Shown: in pieces, positions 58,997-64,000 of the stretch
Numbering within the stretch: the first letter of the stretch is position 1
Layout: each line of letters begins with the position of its first letter
Assembly: GCA_965215605.1 (NCBI GenBank)
Contig: OZ244070.1
Span: 256,001 to 320,000, forward strand
Source of the DNA: an uncultured Candidatus Binatia bacterium
GTDB taxonomy: Bacteria; Desulfobacterota; Binatia; UBA9968; JAJDTQ01
DNA: 64,000 nucleotides
Direction of reading: 5' to 3'
The notes under the pieces: generated by a model
Told to the model about the DNA's origin: nothing
Database searches by the model: none
The model's input: the letters and a program-made list of their open reading frames with translations, nothing else
Made by a program: the position numbers and the translations under genes

Positions 58997-60139
58997 TCAA
59001 CTGCGGGTCACGCGGAACCGCGCCATGAAACGGCCGTCCACCCGGTCCTTCAGCAGCCAGCACCAGCGGGCGTGGGCGGCCCACCCCTTGTAGTCCATCA
59101 GCGCCTTGCCGTCGCCGGTGTTAAGGAGCCGCAGGAAATCATGCTGCGGCTCGTAGCGGGCCGGCGGCTCGCCGCGCACCAGCGCGTCGATGTTGCGCCA
59201 CAGGACCGGCCCCTGGCGGACGGCGTACACTCCCGCCTTGGGCGCGGCGGCGCCCGTCATGGTGCCGCTATCCCCCACTGCAAAGACGTTGTCCGAGCCG
59301 GTGGACTGGAGCGTGTCGCGGGTGAGCAGGAAGCCCCTGGGGTCTTTCGGCAGGGTGGTGTTCTCCAGCACCGGCGGCGGCGCCGCGCCCGCGGCCAGGA
59401 TGACCAAGTCCGCGGGAATGCGCCGTCCGTCGGCGCACGCCGTTTCCCGGGCGTCCACGCGGGTGACGCGCGCCCCCGCGACCACCTCCACGCCGCGTGC
59501 AGCCAGCAGCGCCTCCGCCTTGCGCAGGGCCCGGGGAGACAGTCCCCCGCCGATGTGCTTTCCCGCGTCAACGATGGTGACGGTGTGGCGTGCCGCTCCC
59601 GCAACCCGGTGCAGGTAGGCGGGCAGGCACAGGCCGATCTCGATGCCGCCCACGCCGCCGCCGATGACCAATATCCGCAGTTCCTCGCGACCCTGCCGCT
59701 CCAGTTCCTGCAACCGTTCGTAGAGGCGCATGAGAAACGTCTGCATGGGCTTGATGGGAACCCAGGCGTCGTCAGGCGCGTCGATGCCGGCGCGGTAGGG
59801 CACCGAGCCCGCGCCCACGGACAGGACGTCGAAGGGGACCGGCGCGTGTTGCTCGAAGCGGACGGTCCGGCTCTCCATGTCCACGCTCAGGGCGGGCTCC
59901 ACCACCAACTCGGCCCGGGCCGCGTGGACGAGGCTCCGCAGGTCGATCTCCAGCCTGCCGGGCGGGTACTGGCCCGACAGGGTGCCGGGCAGCATGCCGG
60001 AATAGGTGGCGGCGGCGAAGCTCGACACGCACACGAGGCGGGCGCCCGGAAGGGGTTCGCGCCGCCACCTGTCCAGGACATGGGCGTTGGTGTGGCCGAT
60101 GCCGAGGAGGACGATCCGCGCGGAGTCAGCCAAGGGCAC
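58997..60139 (-). CDS. Pyridine nucleotide-disulfide oxidoreductase of the type found N-terminal to SelD, stand-alone
   Basis: LLGIGHTN, YSGMLPG, PIKP, IGGGVGGIE, FAVGD, PKAGVYAVRQGP, LKDRVDGRFM. Confidence 0.82.
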   Translation of the reverse strand: MPLADSARIVLLGIGHTNAHVLDRWRREPLPGARLVCVSSFAAATYSGMLPGTLSGQYPPGRLEIDLRSLVHAARAELVVEPALSVDMESRTVRFEQHAPVPFDVLSVGAGSVPYRAGIDAPDDAWVPIKPMQTFLMRLYERLQELERQGREELRILVIGGGVGGIEIGLCLPAYLHRVAGAARHTVTIVDAGKHIGGGLSPRALRKAEALLAARGVEVVAGARVTRVDARETACADGRRIPADLVILAAGAAPPPVLENTTLPKDPRGFLLTRDTLQSTGSDNVFAVGDSGTMTGAAAPKAGVYAVRQGPVLWRNIDALVRGEPPARYEPQHDFLRLLNTGDGKALMDYKGWAAHARWCWLLKDRVDGRFMARFRVTRS

Positions 60140-60737
60140 GGACGGACGGACGCGCGGTCATGCGTTCATACCACGCCTGCAGCAGCGGCAGGCTCGGGTC
60201 CGGCAGGATGCCCCACTGGACGTGGCGCATGATCCGGGGCAGGTGGGCCGCGTCGAGAAGCGAGAAGTCGCCGGCCATGTAGTGACGCCCTTCGAGCTCC
60301 TGCTCCAGCGGTTGCAGATCCTGGATGAACCGGGCCTTGGCCGCGGCCAGCGCGCCGGCGTCGCGCTCGTCCTCGGGCTTCATCATCTCCGTGCGGATGG
60401 CCTGGTGGCTGTCGTTGGTGTGGGTGACGCCATAGTCGATGAGGATGCGTATCCGGGCGCGCGCCGAGGCGTCGGCGGGCAGCAGCGGCGGATCCGGGTA
60501 CTTCTCTTCCAGGTACTCGTTGATGATACACGACTCGTAGAGCACCGTGTCGCCGTCCACCAGCACCGGCACCTTGCCGTGGGGATTCATGGCGAGGTAC
60601 TCCGGATCCTTCTGCTCCCGCTTGCGCAGGTCCACGGGAACCGTCTCGTAGGCCAGCCCCTTCTCTTCCAGCACCACCTTCACCCGCTGACAATTGGGCG
60701 AGGTCGCGAAATCGTACAGCTTGATGGCGTCGCTCAT
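60126..60737 (-). CDS. Glutathione S-transferase family protein
   Basis: SPNCQRV, NPHGKVPVL, YESCIINEYLEE. Confidence 0.92.
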   Translation of the reverse strand: MSDAIKLYDFATSPNCQRVKVVLEEKGLAYETVPVDLRKREQKDPEYLAMNPHGKVPVLVDGDTVLYESCIINEYLEEKYPDPPLLPADASARARIRILIDYGVTHTNDSHQAIRTEMMKPEDERDAGALAAAKARFIQDLQPLEQELEGRHYMAGDFSLLDAAHLPRIMRHVQWGILPDPSLPLLQAWYERMTARPSVRALG

Positions 60738-60801
60738 TTTCGTGCTCCCTTTCGGCGGGACCTCGGCACGCGCCGTCATGGCGCGGGCAGGAGCCCAACC
60801 C

Positions 60802-62280
60802 CTATTGCCGGTGTCCCCGCACCACCCGGTCCAGCTCGTCTTTCCACTTGCCGGCCACGCTGTCGTGGGTCTCCTTGTCGATCTGGCTCACCGCCGGGAA
60901 CTGGTCCTTCCACTCGAAGGGCCGGGTGGCGTCGATGATGGCGCGGGAGTTGAGGCCCTTCTTGTCACGGGGAATGATGGGGTCCAGCGGCCCGCTCCAG
61001 GTGCGCCGGATGATGTCGATGGAATCCACGGGGTTGGAGCGGGTGCACATGGCCCACACCACCTCGTTCAGGTTGGTGATGTCCACGTCGTCGTCCACCA
61101 CCACCACGTAGCGGCCGAGGTAGGCGCCCGCGTGGCACTGGGCGGCCATGAGTGCCGCCTGCTTGGCATGGCCGGGATAGCGCTGGCGGATGGAGACGAC
61201 GATCATGAAGCGCTGGGCCGGCGGCGGCACGTACACGCCGACGACGTCCGGCACCCCGCCCCTCTCGACGCCGTTCCAGATCATCGCCGAACGCAGCATG
61301 GAACGGTACATGCCGTGGATGGTGGGCCGGAACGGCGGCGCGCTGGTGAGGATCGGATCGTCCCGGTGGTAGAGGGCCTTCAACTGCACCACCGGCTCGG
61401 CCCGGCGGGCGCTGGCGTAGTAGCCGGTCCACTCGCCGAAGGGGCCCTCGGGACGGGTGTCGCCCGGGATAATCTCCCCTTCCACCACGATCTCGGCCGC
61501 GGCTGGCACCCGGAGGCCGGTGAGCGGGGCCTCGATGACGCTCAGGGGCTGATCCACCAGGCCGCCGGCCCAGGCGTACTCGCTCACCCCCGGCGGCACC
61601 GCCTGGGACGCGGCCACGAACATCAGCGGGTGCTGGCCGAAGGCCATGGCCACCTGCACCGGCTTGCCCGCCTTGAGCGACTTCTCCATGTGCATGCGCC
61701 CGTGCTTGCCCGGGGAGATGTAGAGCGCGAGCTTGTCGGCCTCGTGGACCATGACCCGGTAGCAGCCGACGTTCTCCTCGCCGGTTTCCGGGTCCCGGGT
61801 CACCACCAGATGCGCGGTGCCGAGGTAGCGGCCGCCGTCGCCCGAGTGCCAGCGCGGAACCGGGATGTCGAGGATGTTGATGTCCTTGCCCGTATGGCGG
61901 TTCTCCATCACCGGGCCGGTGGGCACCACCCGGGGCTCGAGAGGCGTGAGATCGGCCAGCCGGGTACGCAAGCGGTCGATGACCTCGATGGTGCTGAGGT
62001 CCAGCGGCAGGCCGAGGGTCAGCGCCGTCCGCTCCATGGTCTCCATCATATTGGCGAGGACCCGCCCCTGGCCCTTGTGGCCAGCGACGTTCTCGAACAG
62101 AAGCGCCGGCGGCGCCGGCGACCGCTCGCAGACGATCTCGTTCAGGGCGCCCACCTCAAGGTCCCAGTGGGCGCCGGAGATGCGCTCCAACTGGCCGATT
62201 TCCTCCACCTGCCGGAGCCACACCCGAAGATCGTCAAAGGTCGTCGGCTCCTGGTCGTGCTTGCGTTCTGGTCTTGCCAT
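60802..62280 (-). CDS. UbiD family (de)carboxylase
   Basis: PALLFENV, DGGRYLGT, NVGCYR, EGPFGEWTGYY, VVVVDDDVD. Confidence 0.93.
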   Translation of the reverse strand: MARPERKHDQEPTTFDDLRVWLRQVEEIGQLERISGAHWDLEVGALNEIVCERSPAPPALLFENVAGHKGQGRVLANMMETMERTALTLGLPLDLSTIEVIDRLRTRLADLTPLEPRVVPTGPVMENRHTGKDINILDIPVPRWHSGDGGRYLGTAHLVVTRDPETGEENVGCYRVMVHEADKLALYISPGKHGRMHMEKSLKAGKPVQVAMAFGQHPLMFVAASQAVPPGVSEYAWAGGLVDQPLSVIEAPLTGLRVPAAAEIVVEGEIIPGDTRPEGPFGEWTGYYASARRAEPVVQLKALYHRDDPILTSAPPFRPTIHGMYRSMLRSAMIWNGVERGGVPDVVGVYVPPPAQRFMIVVSIRQRYPGHAKQAALMAAQCHAGAYLGRYVVVVDDDVDITNLNEVVWAMCTRSNPVDSIDIIRRTWSGPLDPIIPRDKKGLNSRAIIDATRPFEWKDQFPAVSQIDKETHDSVAGKWKDELDRVVRGHRQ

Positions 62281-62300
62281 TTTCCACCTCTCGGTAGCCG

Positions 62301-63308
62301 CTATTCCGGTTCCTTCAACTCCCAGGTCTCCGGCGCGAACAACTCCTCGGGCGAGAGGTTGCGCTCGCAGATGCCCTGGGCCTCGCAGTATTCGATGAAG
62401 GTATTGAGGACGTCTCGGTTGGCGTCCAGGCCGTAGGGACACGGATCGCCTCCGAACACCGCGCTTTCTTCATCCAGCGCGTGCTGCCGCCACGCCATCA
62501 CCATGCTCGGGATGTTGGCGTACCAGTGCCGCGCCTGCCGCTTCGCCTGGCTGAACAGCTCGAAGAGGGCGGCCGCGACCTCGGGTTTTTGCTCCAGCAC
62601 CGATTTCCGGACGGCCAGCACGTGCATGATGGGAAAGATCCGGGTCTTCCTGAAGTACTCCGCCTCGACGTCCCGGTAGTCCCCGAACAACCGCTTCAGT
62701 CCCGGGTCGGCCAGGAGCGGCGGAAGCTGCGTCTCGGTGACGCCCAGCATGTCCAGGCGCCCTTCCCGGATCGCCGCCATGGCGCGGTCGGCGGCGCTCC
62801 CTTCTCCCTGCAGCACCTCGATGACGGCCCCGCCGGGCAGCTTCACCAAGGTCTCGGGACTGCCGTCGTCCCAGTGGTGCAGGGAAGCCGCGTGCCATTG
62901 GGAATTGGACGGCGTCACGCCGTACTCGTTCATCAGAGTGCCGCGGATCCACACCGCCGCGGTCTGGACCCAACGCAGGAAGCCGAGCCGCTTGCCCACG
63001 AGATCCTCCGGCGTGTCGATGCCGGCGTCCCGCCGGACGACGATGAAGCCGTGGCGGAACATACGGGACGGAAAGACCGGAATGCCGATGAAGTCGCTCT
63101 GGTTCCGCGACGTGTAGTAGATGAGCTCGGCCAGCGACATCTCCGAGACGTCGAACTCGCCCCGGTACATGGCGGCGAACATGCCCTGCACGCTCACCTG
63201 CTCTACGGCCTCCAGCTCGATTCCGGGAGCGCCGAGGACGCCCCGGAGAATGGCGTTGGTGCCGTCGTAGTTGCGGCAGGCAAGACGGAGTTGGCAGGGG
63301 TCGGCCAT
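62301..63308 (-). CDS. 4,5-dihydroxyphthalate decarboxylase-like protein (substrate-binding fold)
   Basis: FDVSEMSL, IPVFPSRMFRHG, QTAAVWIRG, IFPIMH, PYGLDAN. Confidence 0.85.
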   Translation of the reverse strand: MADPCQLRLACRNYDGTNAILRGVLGAPGIELEAVEQVSVQGMFAAMYRGEFDVSEMSLAELIYYTSRNQSDFIGIPVFPSRMFRHGFIVVRRDAGIDTPEDLVGKRLGFLRWVQTAAVWIRGTLMNEYGVTPSNSQWHAASLHHWDDGSPETLVKLPGGAVIEVLQGEGSAADRAMAAIREGRLDMLGVTETQLPPLLADPGLKRLFGDYRDVEAEYFRKTRIFPIMHVLAVRKSVLEQKPEVAAALFELFSQAKRQARHWYANIPSMVMAWRQHALDEESAVFGGDPCPYGLDANRDVLNTFIEYCEAQGICERNLSPEELFAPETWELKEPE

Positions 63309-64000
63309 CAGCCCGGCTTCACCCGGCGCTTCGCCAGCTTGGCGCCGGTCTGGAGATAGTCGCTCTTCACCGCGAGCCGGGCCTCCTCCTCCCACTCGTC
63401 GTCCCATTGCCCCAGCGAATAGCCGTACCACGGCGCCTGGGGCGTCAGCGGCGGCAGCTCCAGCCGGTTCCACAGCTCCCGGGCGTGCTCCATGAACTCG
63501 CGCTTGGGCAGCGAAATCGGCGGAAAAGGCTCCTTCAGGATGGCGTTGATGAGCATGCCCGAGTCCGTGGCCGGCTGGTAGAACATCTCCTTGGCGGTGA
63601 CCAGGTGGCCCTCGTCCTCGAACGGCGGCGAGTGGCCCTTGACCCGCCCCGGCAGGATCAGCACGTCCTGGTGCGGCTTGGAGCGGTAACAGATGGCCCA
63701 CCACACGGCGTCGAGATTATGGGGATCGATGTCGTCGTCCACGGCGATGGCGATCTTGCCGACGCCGTGCTGGTAGTTGGCGATGCTGTTCAAGGCGCGC
63801 CAGACGTCCCCTTCCGCGGGCTTGCTCATCTGCACGATGACGAGCTTGCGCAGGTTGGTGAGAGGCTCGTGCATGGCCACCTGGGTGACGCTCTTGATGC
63901 CGACGGTGTCGCGCAGGTAGCGGCGCAGCAACGGCTCGTAGCCCACCTTCTTGATGACGCTGGACTCGCTGGGAGTCACTTGGCTGATGAACGAGCACAG
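63308..64000 (-). CDS. UbiD family (de)carboxylase, C-terminal part (5' end outside window)
   Basis: PSESSVIKK, MHEPLTNLRK, KIAIAVDDDIDP, ISLPKREFM. Confidence 0.85.
   Translation of the reverse strand: MCSFISQVTPSESSVIKKVGYEPLLRRYLRDTVGIKSVTQVAMHEPLTNLRKLVIVQMSKPAEGDVWRALNSIANYQHGVGKIAIAVDDDIDPHNLDAVWWAICYRSKPHQDVLILPGRVKGHSPPFEDEGHLVTAKEMFYQPATDSGMLINAILKEPFPPISLPKREFMEHARELWNRLELPPLTPQAPWYGYSLGQWDDEWEEEARLAVKSDYLQTGAKLAKRRVKPG

Overview
GC-rich bacterial chromosomal window, densely coding and mostly catabolic, transport and stress genes. It holds two molybdenum-hydroxylase (CoxLMS-type) loci (one cut by the window edge), a BisC-type Mo-bisPGD reductase, tRNA-Sec, TctABC, ssb, mazG, queG, apaH, tag/alkA, macAB, manC, pspFABC, three GSTs and a UbiD cluster. 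The most unusual part is a compositionally distinct block at about 6.1-12.65 kb. It encodes a coiled-coil lipoprotein, a small coupled ORF, a YcjX P-loop NTPase, a YcjF membrane protein with 62-aa N-terminal repeats, and a signal-peptide protein with an apparent PD-(D/E)XK nuclease domain and hydrophobic glycine-rich tail. A 23-bp direct repeat brackets the ycjXF pair, and the block ends at a frameshifted orphan Rpn C-terminal fragment. No CRISPR array, rRNA, integrase or intact transposase was seen. All calls come from reading motifs by eye; no searches were run.
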